64,000 nucleotides of DNA from Candidatus Spyradenecus sp. (GTDB lineage: Bacteria; Verrucomicrobiota; Verrucomicrobiia; Opitutales; UBA953), in the NCBI GenBank assembly GCA_045535075.1, contig JAZSKX010000018.1:288001-352000 (forward strand). The letters are read 5' to 3'. The notes beneath the pieces were generated by a model. That model made no database searches and was not told the origin of the DNA. It saw only the letters and a program-made list of their open reading frames with translations. This document shows positions 30,456 to 40,859 of the stretch, one piece after another. Numbering within the stretch: the stretch's first letter is position 1; the number at the start of each line of letters is the position of its first letter. The translations under genes and the position numbers were made by a program.

Positions 30456-30761
30456 TTACCAAGAAGCTTTCGTCACGCCCGGAATTTTACCGTTCGACGC
30501 AAGCTCACGGAAGGTGATGCGGGAAAGTCCGAACTTACCGATATAAGCACGCGGACGTCCCGTGATGCTGCAACGATTGCGGAGACGAATCTTGCTGGAA
30601 TTGCGAGGAAGCTTGTCCAAAGCAACCTGAGCTTTGTAAAATTCTTCGTCGCTCGTTTCAGGATTCGCAATAATAGCCTTAAGCGAAGCACGTTTTTCTG
30701 CGTACTTAGCAACGAGACGCGCACGCTTCAGATTCTTTGCAATGGAAGATTTTTTTGCCAT
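30456..30761 (-). CDS. rpsN: 30S ribosomal protein S14 (101-aa non-zinc form)
   Basis: MAKKS...[11 protein letters not shown]...PGVTKASW. Confidence 0.98.
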   Translation of the reverse strand: MAKKSSIAKNLKRARLVAKYAEKRASLKAIIANPETSDEEFYKAQVALDKLPRNSSKIRLRNRCSITGRPRAYIGKFGLSRITFRELASNGKIPGVTKASW

Positions 30762-30775
30762 GACGTTATCCGATA

Positions 30776-31354
30776 TTAGTTGTTAGCAGCATTTTCCGTA
30801 GCACTCTTGGAGGATTTACGGAACGGCATTCCCATGAGGCGGAGGAGCTCACGTCCTTCATCGTCGGTCTTAGCCGTCGTAACAATCGTGATATCCATAC
30901 CGATATTTGCACGTTGCGAACCATCACCCTGCGTTTCCGGGAAGATCGTATGATCGGAAATACCGAGCGAATAGTTCCCGCGACCATCCAAGCGATTGGA
31001 AACCCCACGGAAGTCGCGAATCATCGGCAGCGCAATGTAAATGAGACGTGCGAGGAATTCGTACATAGCGTCGCCTCGAAGCGTAACCATGCAACCAAGC
31101 GGCATTCCTTCACGAACACGGAAATTCGAAACGCTCTTGCGGGCATGAGTTACCACAGGGCGCTGACCGGCAATTTTCGAAATTTCTTTAAGAATTTCAG
31201 CCTGCGCGTTCTTATCGGTGTCAGCAGCATAAGCCGAATTAATGACAACCTTCGTAATTGCAGGAACCTGATGCGGATTGTCGATTTTGAGCGTCTTTTT
31301 GAGCTCCGGAACGACTTTCTCTGCGTAAATTTTCTTCAGAACAGGTGTATGCAT
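30776..31354 (-). CDS. rplE: 50S ribosomal protein L5
   Basis: [28 protein letters not shown]. Confidence 0.98.
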   Translation of the reverse strand: MHTPVLKKIYAEKVVPELKKTLKIDNPHQVPAITKVVINSAYAADTDKNAQAEILKEISKIAGQRPVVTHARKSVSNFRVREGMPLGCMVTLRGDAMYEFLARLIYIALPMIRDFRGVSNRLDGRGNYSLGISDHTIFPETQGDGSQRANIGMDITIVTTAKTDDEGRELLRLMGMPFRKSSKSATENAANN

Positions 31355-31375
31355 TTTCTGATTCTCTCCTGATTA

Positions 31376-31633
31376 TTATTTTGCAGCTCTCTTGGCATCA
31401 TACTTCGAAGCAAGCATCACATTGGAAGCATGAATCGGAGCTTCTTTATCGATAATGCCGCCTTCAACGCCGGCTTGTTCATTTGCCTTTGTGTGGCGTT
31501 TAACAATATTGAGCCCTTCAACAACGACCGTGTTCTTCGACGGGAACACCGCGAGAATCTTTCCGCGTTTACCTTTTTCGGAACCGGAAATAACAACGAC
31601 TTCGTCGTCTTTCTTAAGATTTTGTTTTGCCAT
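31376..31633 (-). CDS. rplX: 50S ribosomal protein L24 (short form)
   Basis: KOW motif; EAPIHASNV. Confidence 0.96.
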   Translation of the reverse strand: MAKQNLKKDDEVVVISGSEKGKRGKILAVFPSKNTVVVEGLNIVKRHTKANEQAGVEGGIIDKEAPIHASNVMLASKYDAKRAAK

Positions 31634-31635
31634 GA

Positions 31636-32004
31636 TTAGAGCACCTCCGGTGCGAGAGAAACGATTTTCATGAATTTCTGGCGGAGTTCACGCGCCACCG
31701 GTCCAAAAATACGGGTTCCGCGCGGATTGCCGTTCCCGTCGAGAATAACGACGGCATTCGAATCGAAGCGAAGATAGCTTCCGTCCGCACGACGAATCGG
31801 AGCTTTCGTCCGAACGACAACGGCCTTAACGACCTTACCCTTCTTGACAGCATCGGGAGCACTCGGAGTCGAATCCTTGACCGCACAAACGATAATATCG
31901 CCGACGGAAGCCGTATCGGTAATCTGCCCGAGACGACGGATCATTTCAACCTGGCGCGCGCCGGTGTTATCGGCAACGTCCAAACGCGATTTAAGTTGTA
32001 CCAT
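31636..32004 (-). CDS. rplN: 50S ribosomal protein L14
   Basis: [26 protein letters not shown]. Confidence 0.98.
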   Translation of the reverse strand: MVQLKSRLDVADNTGARQVEMIRRLGQITDTASVGDIIVCAVKDSTPSAPDAVKKGKVVKAVVVRTKAPIRRADGSYLRFDSNAVVILDGNGNPRGTRIFGPVARELRQKFMKIVSLAPEVL

Positions 32005-32024
32005 AATTCTTACCTCCTGGGGAA

Positions 32025-32312
32025 TTAGACCGCGGCTTCGCCGACAATTTTAGCAGCCTGCACGACTCCGACAACACGGAAGCGTTTCAGTTTGCTCATC
32101 GGACGCGTTTCCATGATTTCCACTTTGTCGCCGATGTTGCATTCATTCTTCTCGTCATGAGCATGAATAACGGTCTTGCGTTTGATTTCCTTACCGAAAA
32201 TCGGGTGCGGTTTCTTATAAAAATACGTGACCTTTACGCTCTTATCGCCGGTTTTGCTAGTAACAACACCGATAAGAACTTTACGGGACGGACGTTTTTG
32301 TTCTTCAGACAT
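32025..32312 (-). CDS. rpsQ: 30S ribosomal protein S17
   Basis: [23 protein letters not shown]. Confidence 0.97.
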   Translation of the reverse strand: MSEEQKRPSRKVLIGVVTSKTGDKSVKVTYFYKKPHPIFGKEIKRKTVIHAHDEKNECNIGDKVEIMETRPMSKLKRFRVVGVVQAAKIVGEAAV

Positions 32313-32331
32313 GGTTAAATAATGTGGATGA

Positions 32332-32550
32332 TTAATTTTGCGCTACCGACTTTTCGCCGAGAACGGTCATAATGCGAGCATTCTCGCGGCGAAGCGTGCG
32401 AATACGAGCCGGATTCTGAACCTGTCCGGTCTGCGCACGCAGACGCAAGTTCAAGAGTTCCTCACGGTTTTCGCGAAGCTTCTTGGAAAGTTCTTCCACG
32501 GAATTTTCGCGAATTTTCGCGGCAGCAGTTTGTTTGTTTTGTGCGCTCAT
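32332..32550 (-). CDS. rpmC: 50S ribosomal protein L29
   Basis: EELLNLR..GQVQNPARIR; operon position. Confidence 0.95.
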   Translation of the reverse strand: MSAQNKQTAAAKIRENSVEELSKKLRENREELLNLRLRAQTGQVQNPARIRTLRRENARIMTVLGEKSVAQN

Positions 32551-32604
32551 TTTTGTGTGAAAGGGCGATAAAATAGTTTTCAGTCGCAGAATGCAATACT
32601 TATT

Positions 32605-33036
32605 TTACAAGTAAAGATCCTGTTGTTCACGGCTAATGAATCGGCAGCGAATCGGAAGCTTCGTGTCTGCGAGGCGCATAGCTTCACGCGCAGCAGAAAG
32701 CGGAACGCCGGAAACTTCAAAGAGCATCGTTCCCGGACGAACGATTGCCGCCCAGTACTCGACATTCCCTTTACCCGAGCCCATTCGGACTTCAGCCGGT
32801 TTTTGTGTAACCGGTTTATGAGGGAACACGCGCATCCACATCTTCCCTTTACGCTTCAAGCTACGGGAAATGGCGACACGAGCCGCTTCAAGTTGAGCCG
32901 CCGTCATACGGCAACGTTCCAAAGCCTGAATCCCGAATTCGCCGAAAGCGAGATCGTTGCAGGATTGAGCGGTTCCGTAAATGCGTCCTTTCTGTACCTT
33001 ACGGTATTTAACGCGAGATGGTTGAATATTTGCCAT
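32605..33036 (-). CDS. rplP: 50S ribosomal protein L16
   Basis: RVFPHKPVTQKPAEVRMGSGKG. Confidence 0.98.
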   Translation of the reverse strand: MANIQPSRVKYRKVQKGRIYGTAQSCNDLAFGEFGIQALERCRMTAAQLEAARVAISRSLKRKGKMWMRVFPHKPVTQKPAEVRMGSGKGNVEYWAAIVRPGTMLFEVSGVPLSAAREAMRLADTKLPIRCRFISREQQDLYL

Positions 33037-33065
33037 TGGATTTTCCTTTCTCTATAGGAGTGGAA

Positions 33066-33695
33066 TTAGATTTCGGATTCCTTCGTGCAAATCCAGCACT
33101 TGATTCCGAGTTTTCCGTAAACCGTATTGGCTTCCGCAAATCCGTAGTCGATATTTTCACGAAGCGTGTGCAACGGAACACGACCGACGCGAGCGGATTC
33201 AACACGAGCAATTTCTGCGCCGCCAAGACGACCGGCAATGCGGAGACGAATACCATCTGCACCCATGCTCATCGTAGCTTGAATAGCCTTCTTCATCGCA
33301 CGACGGAATGCAATACGGCGTTCGAGTTGAAGAGCGATATTTTCAGCAACGAGCTGAGCCACAAGATCCGGTTTTTTAATTTCCTGGATATCAAGAATAA
33401 CGTCTTTACCCGAAATCTTGGCAAGATCGTCGCGGAGCTTTTCGAGCTCTCCGCCCTTACGACCGATAACAACGCCCGGCTTCGCGGTGAAAATTTTCAC
33501 GCGGATGCGAGCTCCCGCACGTTCAATCGAAATCGACGGAACGCCTGCCTGACGCAGTTTTTCGTGAAGGAACTGACGAATTTCGTAGTCGCTCTTGATG
33601 TTCGCGGGGAACGTCTTCTTATCTGCGAACCAACGAGATTCCCAGTTGCGGCGAACCGCGAGACGAAAACCGATAGGATTTGTTTTCTGACCCAT
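33066..33695 (-). CDS. rpsC: 30S ribosomal protein S3
   Basis: MGQKTNPIGFRL; GRLGGAEIAR; PLHTLR. Confidence 0.98.
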   Translation of the reverse strand: MGQKTNPIGFRLAVRRNWESRWFADKKTFPANIKSDYEIRQFLHEKLRQAGVPSISIERAGARIRVKIFTAKPGVVIGRKGGELEKLRDDLAKISGKDVILDIQEIKKPDLVAQLVAENIALQLERRIAFRRAMKKAIQATMSMGADGIRLRIAGRLGGAEIARVESARVGRVPLHTLRENIDYGFAEANTVYGKLGIKCWICTKESEI

Positions 33696-33714
33696 AGTCT
33701 AAAATTGCGGATGG

Positions 33715-34050
33715 TTATTTTTTATCGCCGACCACAATCGTGATGTGGCTGGTGGATTTACGAATCGGATGTGCGCTACCTTTCGCCGTCGGGCGGAAGC
33801 GCTTCAGCATCGGACCTTGACCAACCGTCGCAGCAACAACAACCAAATCCTTCGCGGAAAGATTATTGTTATTTTCGGCGTTAGCAATGGCGCTGTTGAG
33901 CGTTTTGGCCAGCAAGCGGGCGGATTTGCGCGGAATAAAACGGAGAAGATCAGCCGCTTCGAGTACCGGGCGACCTTGAATTTGGCGTGCAACGTCACGC
34001 ACCTTCGACGGTGTCATGCGCACAAACTTGGTAATAGCTTTAACTTCCAT
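33715..34050 (-). CDS. rplV: 50S ribosomal protein L22
   Basis: SAIANAENN; KRFRP.AKG..HPIRK.TSHI. Confidence 0.97.
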   Translation of the reverse strand: MEVKAITKFVRMTPSKVRDVARQIQGRPVLEAADLLRFIPRKSARLLAKTLNSAIANAENNNNLSAKDLVVVAATVGQGPMLKRFRPTAKGSAHPIRKSTSHITIVVGDKK

Positions 34051-34061
34051 GTGGAACTAAG

Positions 34062-34412
34062 TTAAAAAGTAATGGTTTTGAGTTTGACCGAATCTCCGGT
34101 CAAAATCGTTTGTTTCGTATTAAGTTGTGTAATCAAAGCAACCGAATTTTCGGCGTTTGCTTCGGCAATGATAAGCTCGGCAACGGATTCGCCGTCGCGT
34201 TCGACGACGCAAAGAGCTCCAGTGCAGAAATTCTTTTCCATTCCCGAATTGAGAAGCACTAAATCGGCGCTCGTTCCCGCAACTACTTTCTGAACCGAAG
34301 CCAGTCCCTCCGAAGAAATTTCGTAAGACAGAACCTTGGCAAAAAGCGTTCCCGCAAGCCCGATAAACATCAGGCTTGCGATAACTAAAGCAGTTGCAAA
34401 ACGTGATTTCAC
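34062..34412 (-). CDS. exported hypothetical protein inserted between rpsS and rplV
   Basis: 116-aa GTG-start ORF exactly filling the gap; signal peptide/TM followed by a beta-rich domain. Confidence 0.8.
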   Translation of the reverse strand: MKSRFATALVIASLMFIGLAGTLFAKVLSYEISSEGLASVQKVVAGTSADLVLLNSGMEKNFCTGALCVVERDGESVAELIIAEANAENSVALITQLNTKQTILTGDSVKLKTITF

Positions 34413-34415
34413 GAA

Positions 34416-34691
34416 TTAGACAGCTTTCTTCGTAGGAGCCGTATGAGCCTTGAACGTGCGCGTCGGCGCAAATTCACCGAGCTTGTGGCCAACCATGTTT
34501 TCCGTCACATAAACGGGAACAAAAACTTTCCCGTTGTGAACGTTGAGGTTGAGTCCGACAAAGTCCGGCGTCACCGTGGAGCGACGCGACCAGGTTTTAA
34601 TCGGCTTGTGATCTCCGGCTTTCTGTGCCGCTTGAACCTTCTCCATGAGAGATGCTTCGACATAAAAGCCTTTTTTGATTGAACGTGCCAT
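34416..34691 (-). CDS. rpsS: 30S ribosomal protein S19
   Basis: [20 protein letters not shown]. Confidence 0.98.
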   Translation of the reverse strand: MARSIKKGFYVEASLMEKVQAAQKAGDHKPIKTWSRRSTVTPDFVGLNLNVHNGKVFVPVYVTENMVGHKLGEFAPTRTFKAHTAPTKKAV

Positions 34692-34697
34692 TGTCTA

Positions 34698-35555
34698 TTA
34701 GCCCTTCTTAACTTTGCGTCCGTTGCGACGAACAATAATATGAACGTTCGTGGACTTGGATTTAATGCGCGTCGGGAACCCTTTCGCGAGTTGTCCCCAC
34801 GGAGAAGAGAGGTGCTGGCGGCCACCGCCACCCTTGGACTTACCCTGACCCCCGCCGTTCGGGTGGTCAACCGGATTCATCACCATACCGCGAACACGCG
34901 GACGGCGTCCAAGCCAGCGATTGCGCCCTGCTTTGCCGAGCGTGCGGTTATAATGTTCGCCATTGCCGACATAACCGATGGTTGCACGGCAATCCGCGTT
35001 CAGATAACGCTGTTCTCCGGAAGGCATTTTGACGATAGCAAGATCGCCTTCGATACCGAGCAACTGAGCGGCATTACCGGCGGAACGCGCAATACGCGCC
35101 TTTTGACCGGGTTCCATCTGAATCGCATGAATAAAGGTCGCGGGAGCGATATAGCGCAGCTTGACCGTGCATCCCGGATTGAATTCTTCAACCGGATTCA
35201 TCGTCGAAACAACGGTATCACCGACTTTCAAACCTTCAGGAGCAAGAATGTAAGCTTTTTCCCCATCCGTGTATTGGATGAGAGCCAAGTTTGCCGAGCG
35301 GTTAGGATCGTACTCGAGAGCGAGAACGGTCGCCGGAATTTCAACTTTCGCACGACGGAAGTCCACCAAGCGATAGAGACGCTTGTGCCCTCCTCCGCGA
35401 CGACGCGAAGTAATGCGACCGTTATTGTTACGACCGCCGGTGCGATGCTTGGATTCAACCAAGTCTTTTTCCGGACGCTTTTTCGCGAGATCCTGCTTAT
35501 TGCGAACAAGGAAACGCTGCGAAGGCGTAAGCGGACGATTAGATTTGAGTGCCAT
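34698..35555 (-). CDS. rplB: 50S ribosomal protein L2
   Basis: [27 protein letters not shown]. Confidence 0.98.
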   Translation of the reverse strand: MALKSNRPLTPSQRFLVRNKQDLAKKRPEKDLVESKHRTGGRNNNGRITSRRRGGGHKRLYRLVDFRRAKVEIPATVLALEYDPNRSANLALIQYTDGEKAYILAPEGLKVGDTVVSTMNPVEEFNPGCTVKLRYIAPATFIHAIQMEPGQKARIARSAGNAAQLLGIEGDLAIVKMPSGEQRYLNADCRATIGYVGNGEHYNRTLGKAGRNRWLGRRPRVRGMVMNPVDHPNGGGQGKSKGGGGRQHLSSPWGQLAKGFPTRIKSKSTNVHIIVRRNGRKVKKG

Positions 35556-35581
35556 ATTATATGTTCCTCTATCTTAAAACG

Positions 35582-35869
35582 TTAAATGAGTTCAATCTTG
35601 TCACCCTTTTTGAGCGTGACGATTGCTTTTTTAACATCCGGAGCCTTGATGACTTCCCCGCGCTTCGTGCGGGATTGTTTCACCTTGCCCTTGGTGTTGA
35701 CAACATGAACGCGTTCGACGGTAACCTTAAAGGTCGCTTCAACCGCCTTGGCGATTTCCGGTTTCTCCGCATTCGGATAAACTTCAAAAACGTATTTGTT
35801 GGCTTCCGCGAGGGTAGCCGTCTTTTCGGAGACGAGCGGACGTTTGAGGACGCTGTATGCAGATTTCAT
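35582..35869 (-). CDS. rplW: 50S ribosomal protein L23
   Basis: PLVSEK; KKAIVTL. Confidence 0.97.
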   Translation of the reverse strand: MKSAYSVLKRPLVSEKTATLAEANKYVFEVYPNAEKPEIAKAVEATFKVTVERVHVVNTKGKVKQSRTKRGEVIKAPDVKKAIVTLKKGDKIELI

Positions 35870-35883
35870 AATGAATATTCTCC

Positions 35884-36504
35884 TTATTGAGCGCGTTCGA
35901 TGATTTTCTGCAAACCTTGTTCGCTGACCAAAACCTGATCAAAAGCAACAAGATCCAACGCATTGAGCGTTGCGGCATCCGTAACGGAAACACGTTCGAT
36001 ATTGCGGATGGAAAGCACCGTATTGTCGTCCCATGCTTCAGAGACGATGAGCATTTTTCCTTTCGGGAAAACCTTCGAGAAGACCGAAGCCATAATTTTC
36101 GTCTTCGGTTGAGCAGCTTCAAAGCGTTCAATGACGCTCAATCCGCCTTCGTTCGCCAAATCAACAAGCGCACGTGCGAATGCAAGCTTTTTCATTTTAG
36201 CATTAATCGACTTGGACCAATCGCGCGGACGCGGACCAAATACAACACCGCCCTTGTAAAGTTGCGGAGCGCGCTTGTCGCCGTGACGAGCACCGCCCGA
36301 ACCTTTTTGCGGACCTTGTTTTTTACCGGATCCGGCAACTTCGCCATAGTCTTTCGTTTTGGCGCTTCCCTGACGAAGATTCGCCTGATAAGCGACAATC
36401 GCCTGTTTCAACGCTGCAACGCCCTTGCCTTCTTCAAGCTGCGGGAGCGCAAATTCTTTTTCAGCGCAGGAGCTTCCGTCAACTGTGTAAACTTTAAGTT
36501 TCAT
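35884..36504 (-). CDS. rplD: 50S ribosomal protein L4
   Basis: QKGSGGARHG; GGVVFGPRPR. Confidence 0.97.
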   Translation of the reverse strand: MKLKVYTVDGSSCAEKEFALPQLEEGKGVAALKQAIVAYQANLRQGSAKTKDYGEVAGSGKKQGPQKGSGGARHGDKRAPQLYKGGVVFGPRPRDWSKSINAKMKKLAFARALVDLANEGGLSVIERFEAAQPKTKIMASVFSKVFPKGKMLIVSEAWDDNTVLSIRNIERVSVTDAATLNALDLVAFDQVLVSEQGLQKIIERAQ

Positions 36505-36519
36505 CGTTCAGTTCTCTCC

Positions 36520-37155
36520 TTATTTTGCTTTTTTCGCTTCACGAACATAGACCAAATCCCCATTCGCTCCGGGAATGCTTCCCTTGATGAGAATGAGATT
36601 TTGATCTTCGACAATCTTAACGACCGTAAGATTCTGCGTCGTGCGACGAACCTGTCCCATATGTCCCGGCATGTCTTTTCCCTTAAAGACGTGTCCCGGC
36701 GTCTGACGCATCCCGATAGAACCCGGGCGACGGTGCATCATGTGACCATGGGAAGCCGGCTGTCCGGCTTGGTTGTGGCGCTTAACGTTACCTTGGAAGC
36801 CGCGACCTTTGGTCGTTCCGATAACGTCAACAATTTGACCTTCTTTGAAAGTCGTGACGGTAAGTACGTCTCCGACTTTATATTCGGGAGCTTTGTCGTC
36901 AAAGCGGATCTCGCTCAGCACGGAGTGCGTTTCGATTCCGGCTTTGGCAAAATGCCCTTGAACGGGCTTTGTCAAACGCTCTTTTTTCTGGGCGCCGTAG
37001 GCAATTTGTACGGCATTGTATCCGTCAGACTCAGCGGTCTTGACTTGAACAACAGGGCACGGACCCGCTTGAACCACGGTTACGGGAACGAGATTGTCGT
37101 TCCCGTCGTAGATTTGGGTCATCCCAATTTTTTTGCCAATCAGTTGTAACTTCAT
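36520..37155 (-). CDS. rplC: 50S ribosomal protein L3
   Basis: GKKIGMTQ; KGRGFQG.VKRH; RPGSIG. Confidence 0.98.
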   Translation of the reverse strand: MKLQLIGKKIGMTQIYDGNDNLVPVTVVQAGPCPVVQVKTAESDGYNAVQIAYGAQKKERLTKPVQGHFAKAGIETHSVLSEIRFDDKAPEYKVGDVLTVTTFKEGQIVDVIGTTKGRGFQGNVKRHNQAGQPASHGHMMHRRPGSIGMRQTPGHVFKGKDMPGHMGQVRRTTQNLTVVKIVEDQNLILIKGSIPGANGDLVYVREAKKAK

Positions 37156-37298
37156 TTTGTCTAAGAGGCAGGTGGAGGTTTAATTCCGTTTGCACAGACC
37201 TGCTTTAGGCTGCTAAATCTCGTTTATTTCGATTCTTTTACAGTCCTAAGGCTATCCGAAAACGAAAATTTTCAGTTATTGATTACGATTTAGCAGGC

Positions 37299-37607
37299 TT
37301 AGACATTAATGCTAATATCAACGCCTGCGGGAAGATTCAGTTTCTTGAGTTCATCGACCGTTTGAGCAGTCGGACCGATGATATCAATCAAGCGCTTGTG
37401 TGTGCGCTGTTCAAATTGATCCATCGACTTTTTGTCAACGTGCGGCGAGCGGTTAACCGTCCAACGCTCAATAGAGGTCGGAAGCGGCACCGGGCCGGAA
37501 ACGCGAGCGCCGGTGCGCTTCGCGGTTTCGACAATATCGCCGGCAGACTGATCGATTACTCGATAGTCAAAGCCTTTGAGTTTAATACGAATTTTTTGAC
37601 GAGCCAT
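37299..37607 (-). CDS. rpsJ: 30S ribosomal protein S10
   Basis: [25 protein letters not shown]. Confidence 0.98.
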   Translation of the reverse strand: MARQKIRIKLKGFDYRVIDQSAGDIVETAKRTGARVSGPVPLPTSIERWTVNRSPHVDKKSMDQFEQRTHKRLIDIIGPTAQTVDELKKLNLPAGVDISINV

Positions 37608-37637
37608 AGCTGTAAAAACTGAAGTTAAATGTTAGAA

Positions 37638-39788
37638 TTACGAGCGAGCCGGAGCACGGGAAGCCGTTTCTACGATTTCCTTGAGCACATTCGCGGGAAC
37701 CTGTTCAAAGTGATCCGGTTCCATCGTATAGGAAGCACGACCCTTCGAAAGCGAGCGAACGTCCGTCGCATAACCGAACATCGTCTGGAGCGGAACCATC
37801 GCATTGATGGTGCAAACACCGTTCTTGGTCTCCATGTTCTGAATCTGACCGCGACGGCGATTCAAGTCGCCCATGATATCTCCTTGGTATTCTTCCGGCG
37901 TAACGACTTCAACCTTGGTAATCGGCTCGAGGAGAATCGGAGCAGCCTTCGCCATTGCATCCTTAAGAGCAAAGATACCTGCCATTTTGAACGCCATTTC
38001 GGAGGAGTCGACTTCGTGGAACGAACCAAATACGATGCGCGCTTTGAAGTCGATGACCGGATATCCGGCAATCGTCCCGTTGTTCGCCGCTTCCTGAATC
38101 CCTTCGATCGTCGGCTTGATATATTCCTTCGGGATAACGCCACCGACGATTTCGTTGATGACTTCAATGCCCTTGCCCGGATTCGGTTCGATTTCGATTT
38201 CGGCATGACCGTATTGACCACGACCGCCGGACTGACGAACGAACTTTCCGATACCGCGAGAATTGCCCGTGATCGTTTCACGGTAGGAAATCTGCGGACG
38301 ACCGGATTTTGCTTCGACCTTAAATTCGCGACGCAGACGGTCGACGATAATATCGAGGTGAAGCTCGCCCATTCCGGAGATAATGGTTTGCCCCGTTTCC
38401 TGGTCGGAAGAAACACGGAAAGTCGGGTCTTCCTGAGCAAGGCGTTGGAGACCGATGGAAAGTTTTTCCTGGTCAGCTTTCGTCGCAGGCTCAATCGCCA
38501 TCGAGATAACCGGTTCCGGGAACGACGGCGGTTCGAGGATAATATCTTCTTCGCGCGTGCAAAGCGTATCACCCGTTACGATTTCTTTCGGACCGATAAC
38601 AGCGCAAATATCTCCGGAGTAAGCCGTATCAATTTCTTCGCGATCCATCGCCTTCATAATCATGAGGCGGGAAACACGTTCCGTCTTGCGGGTACGCGGA
38701 TTGTAAAGAGCGTCACCTTTCTTAAGCGTTCCGCGATAGACGCGGAAGAAGACGAGCTGTCCGACATACGGGTCAGACCACAGCTTGAAGCAAAGTCCGA
38801 TCGGCTTTGCATTATCGTCCGGTTCGACTCCGATTTCGGTTTCTCCATCGTCCTTAAACGCCTTCATCGGCGGAAGGTCGAGCGGAGACGGCAAGTAATC
38901 GACAACGCAGTCGAGAACCATCTGAACGCCTTTATTCTTGAAAGAGGAACCCGGGATAACACCGACGAATTCAAGCGAAAGCGTTGCCTTACGGATAGCG
39001 ACACGAAGTTCGTCTGCGGAAATTTCTTCGCCGCCGAGATATTTTTCGGCAATCGTATCGTCAAAGTCGGAAACTGCTTCGATAAGACCTTCGCGATACT
39101 TGTCATAGTCCGCCTTCATATCTGCGGGAACATCCGTTACCGTGTAGCGCATCCCCTTCGGGTCGGAATCATCATAAACGTATGCACAGCCCTTGACGAG
39201 GTCAACAAGACCCGCAAAGGTGTCACCGGCTCCGATCGGGATGTAAAGCGGGTGTGCGTTCCCGCGAAGTTTTTCACGAATTCCGTTAACGGCATTGAAG
39301 AAATCAGCACCCGTGCGGTCCATCTTATTGATGTAAGCAATGCGCGGGACGCTGTACTTGTTCATCTGACGCCAAACGGTTTCAGATTGCGGCTGAACAC
39401 CGGCAACCGCACAGAAAACGGCAACAGCTCCGTCAAGCACGCGAAGCGAGCGTTCGACTTCCGCCGTAAAGTCCACGTGACCGGGCGTGTCGATAACATT
39501 CAAGCGGTGCGGAATTTTTGCAAACGGACCGTCAGCAACCGTCCATCCGCAGGAAACGGCAGCCGAGGTAATCGTGATACCGCGTTCCTGTTCCTGCTCC
39601 ATCCAGTCGGTCGTAGCAGCGCCTTCGTGAACTTCACCCGTTTTGTGGATGACGCCCGCGTAGAAGAGAATACGTTCGGAAGTCGTGGTTTTACCGGCGT
39701 CAATGTGAGCGGCAATACCGAAGTTACGTGTGTATTCCAACGGAGCTTTGCGCCCGGAGGAGTTTTTGCTGGAAAGTGCGGCGGCCAT
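37638..39788 (-). CDS. fusA: elongation factor G
   Basis: AHIDAGKTT, RGITI, DTPGHVDF, NKMD, GMGELHL. Confidence 0.98.
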   Translation of the reverse strand: MAAALSSKNSSGRKAPLEYTRNFGIAAHIDAGKTTTSERILFYAGVIHKTGEVHEGAATTDWMEQEQERGITITSAAVSCGWTVADGPFAKIPHRLNVIDTPGHVDFTAEVERSLRVLDGAVAVFCAVAGVQPQSETVWRQMNKYSVPRIAYINKMDRTGADFFNAVNGIREKLRGNAHPLYIPIGAGDTFAGLVDLVKGCAYVYDDSDPKGMRYTVTDVPADMKADYDKYREGLIEAVSDFDDTIAEKYLGGEEISADELRVAIRKATLSLEFVGVIPGSSFKNKGVQMVLDCVVDYLPSPLDLPPMKAFKDDGETEIGVEPDDNAKPIGLCFKLWSDPYVGQLVFFRVYRGTLKKGDALYNPRTRKTERVSRLMIMKAMDREEIDTAYSGDICAVIGPKEIVTGDTLCTREEDIILEPPSFPEPVISMAIEPATKADQEKLSIGLQRLAQEDPTFRVSSDQETGQTIISGMGELHLDIIVDRLRREFKVEAKSGRPQISYRETITGNSRGIGKFVRQSGGRGQYGHAEIEIEPNPGKGIEVINEIVGGVIPKEYIKPTIEGIQEAANNGTIAGYPVIDFKARIVFGSFHEVDSSEMAFKMAGIFALKDAMAKAAPILLEPITKVEVVTPEEYQGDIMGDLNRRRGQIQNMETKNGVCTINAMVPLQTMFGYATDVRSLSKGRASYTMEPDHFEQVPANVLKEIVETASRAPARS

Positions 39789-39819
39789 TGTAAATATGCT
39801 CGACTTTTTCGGTTAAAAA

Positions 39820-40299
39820 TTAGTTACCCCAGCGAAGGTGCGCGAAAGCGCGGTTCGCCTGAGCCATTTTGTGAGTTTCTTCGCGTTTTTTAACAACCGT
39901 TCCCGTGTTGTTGTACGCATCAATGAATTCGGCGGCCAACGATTCCGTCATCGGCTGCCCCTTACGCGCAGAAGCCGCATTGACGAGCCAACGGAAGGCC
40001 ATGCTTGTCTGACGCTCATGGGAAATTTCAACCGGAACCTGATAGGTTGCCCCGCCGACGCGGCGGCTTTTAACTTCCAATTTCGGGCGGCAATTTTCCA
40101 ATGCGCCGAGGAGAAGTTCCATCGGATCACCCTTTTCAAGTTTTTCGCTAACGCGCTCAATCGCGCCATAGACAATGCGCTGAGCAACCGTCTTTTTGCC
40201 GTTTTTCATAACGACATTGATGAGCTGGCTCACAAGCGGGCTGTTATAACGTGCATCCGGTTGGTGCACTTTTTTCGTTGCTTTACGACGACGTGACAT
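39820..40299 (-). CDS. rpsG: 30S ribosomal protein S7
   Basis: [24 protein letters not shown]. Confidence 0.98.
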   Translation of the reverse strand: MSRRRKATKKVHQPDARYNSPLVSQLINVVMKNGKKTVAQRIVYGAIERVSEKLEKGDPMELLLGALENCRPKLEVKSRRVGGATYQVPVEISHERQTSMAFRWLVNAASARKGQPMTESLAAEFIDAYNNTGTVVKKREETHKMAQANRAFAHLRWGN

Positions 40300-40322
40300 T
40301 GCAAAAGTCTCCTATAGCTTAA

Positions 40323-40703
40323 TTATTTTCCGCCTTTCGGACGTTTAACGCCATATTTCGAGCGGCTACGACGACGTTTTTCAACGCCTGCGCAGTCGAG
40401 CGGACCGCGAACAATGTGATAACGCACACCCGGCAAGTCCTTGACACGGCCACCGCGAATCAAAACGACGCTGTGTTCCTGAAGCTTGTGTCCTTCGTCC
40501 GGAATATAGGAAATAACTTCCGTTCCCGTCGTAAGGCGAACTTTCGCAACTTTACGTTGAGCGGAATTCGGCTTTTTAGGCGTACGCGTCATAACCTGAA
40601 TGCAGACGCCGCGTTTGAACGGCGAGCAATTCAAGGCGGGTGATTTCGACTTGATGTTGGCTTTAGCCCGCGGCTTGCGGACGAGTTGATTGATTGTTGG
40701 CAT
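40323..40703 (-). CDS. rpsL: 30S ribosomal protein S12
   Basis: [30 protein letters not shown]. Confidence 0.98.
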   Translation of the reverse strand: MPTINQLVRKPRAKANIKSKSPALNCSPFKRGVCIQVMTRTPKKPNSAQRKVAKVRLTTGTEVISYIPDEGHKLQEHSVVLIRGGRVKDLPGVRYHIVRGPLDCAGVEKRRRSRSKYGVKRPKGGK

Positions 40704-40859
40704 GTCCTAAACTTGAAATTGAAATAAAAAGGAACGTTGAAAAAAAAGCATTTGGGAACAAGATGCAAGTTTTTTTTAACGAAATTAAAATTTTTCTTGC
40801 CAGAATCAGAAAAAATTTGCACTTGCCCCTCCGGGGTTCGTGTCCGTAGCATCTCCCGC

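Noticed and set aside
37629..39893. Long antisense ORFs (754 aa opposite fusA; also 837-2642, 16706-18196, 35887-37149, 51797-53020, 53902-55329, 56678-57871)
   Set aside because: They shadow well-identified genes and have no motifs; they are explained by codon bias that avoids antisense stops.
40323..40703. Streptomycin-resistance allele of rpsL
   Set aside because: Both key lysines are wild type (TPKKPNS, RVKDLPG).
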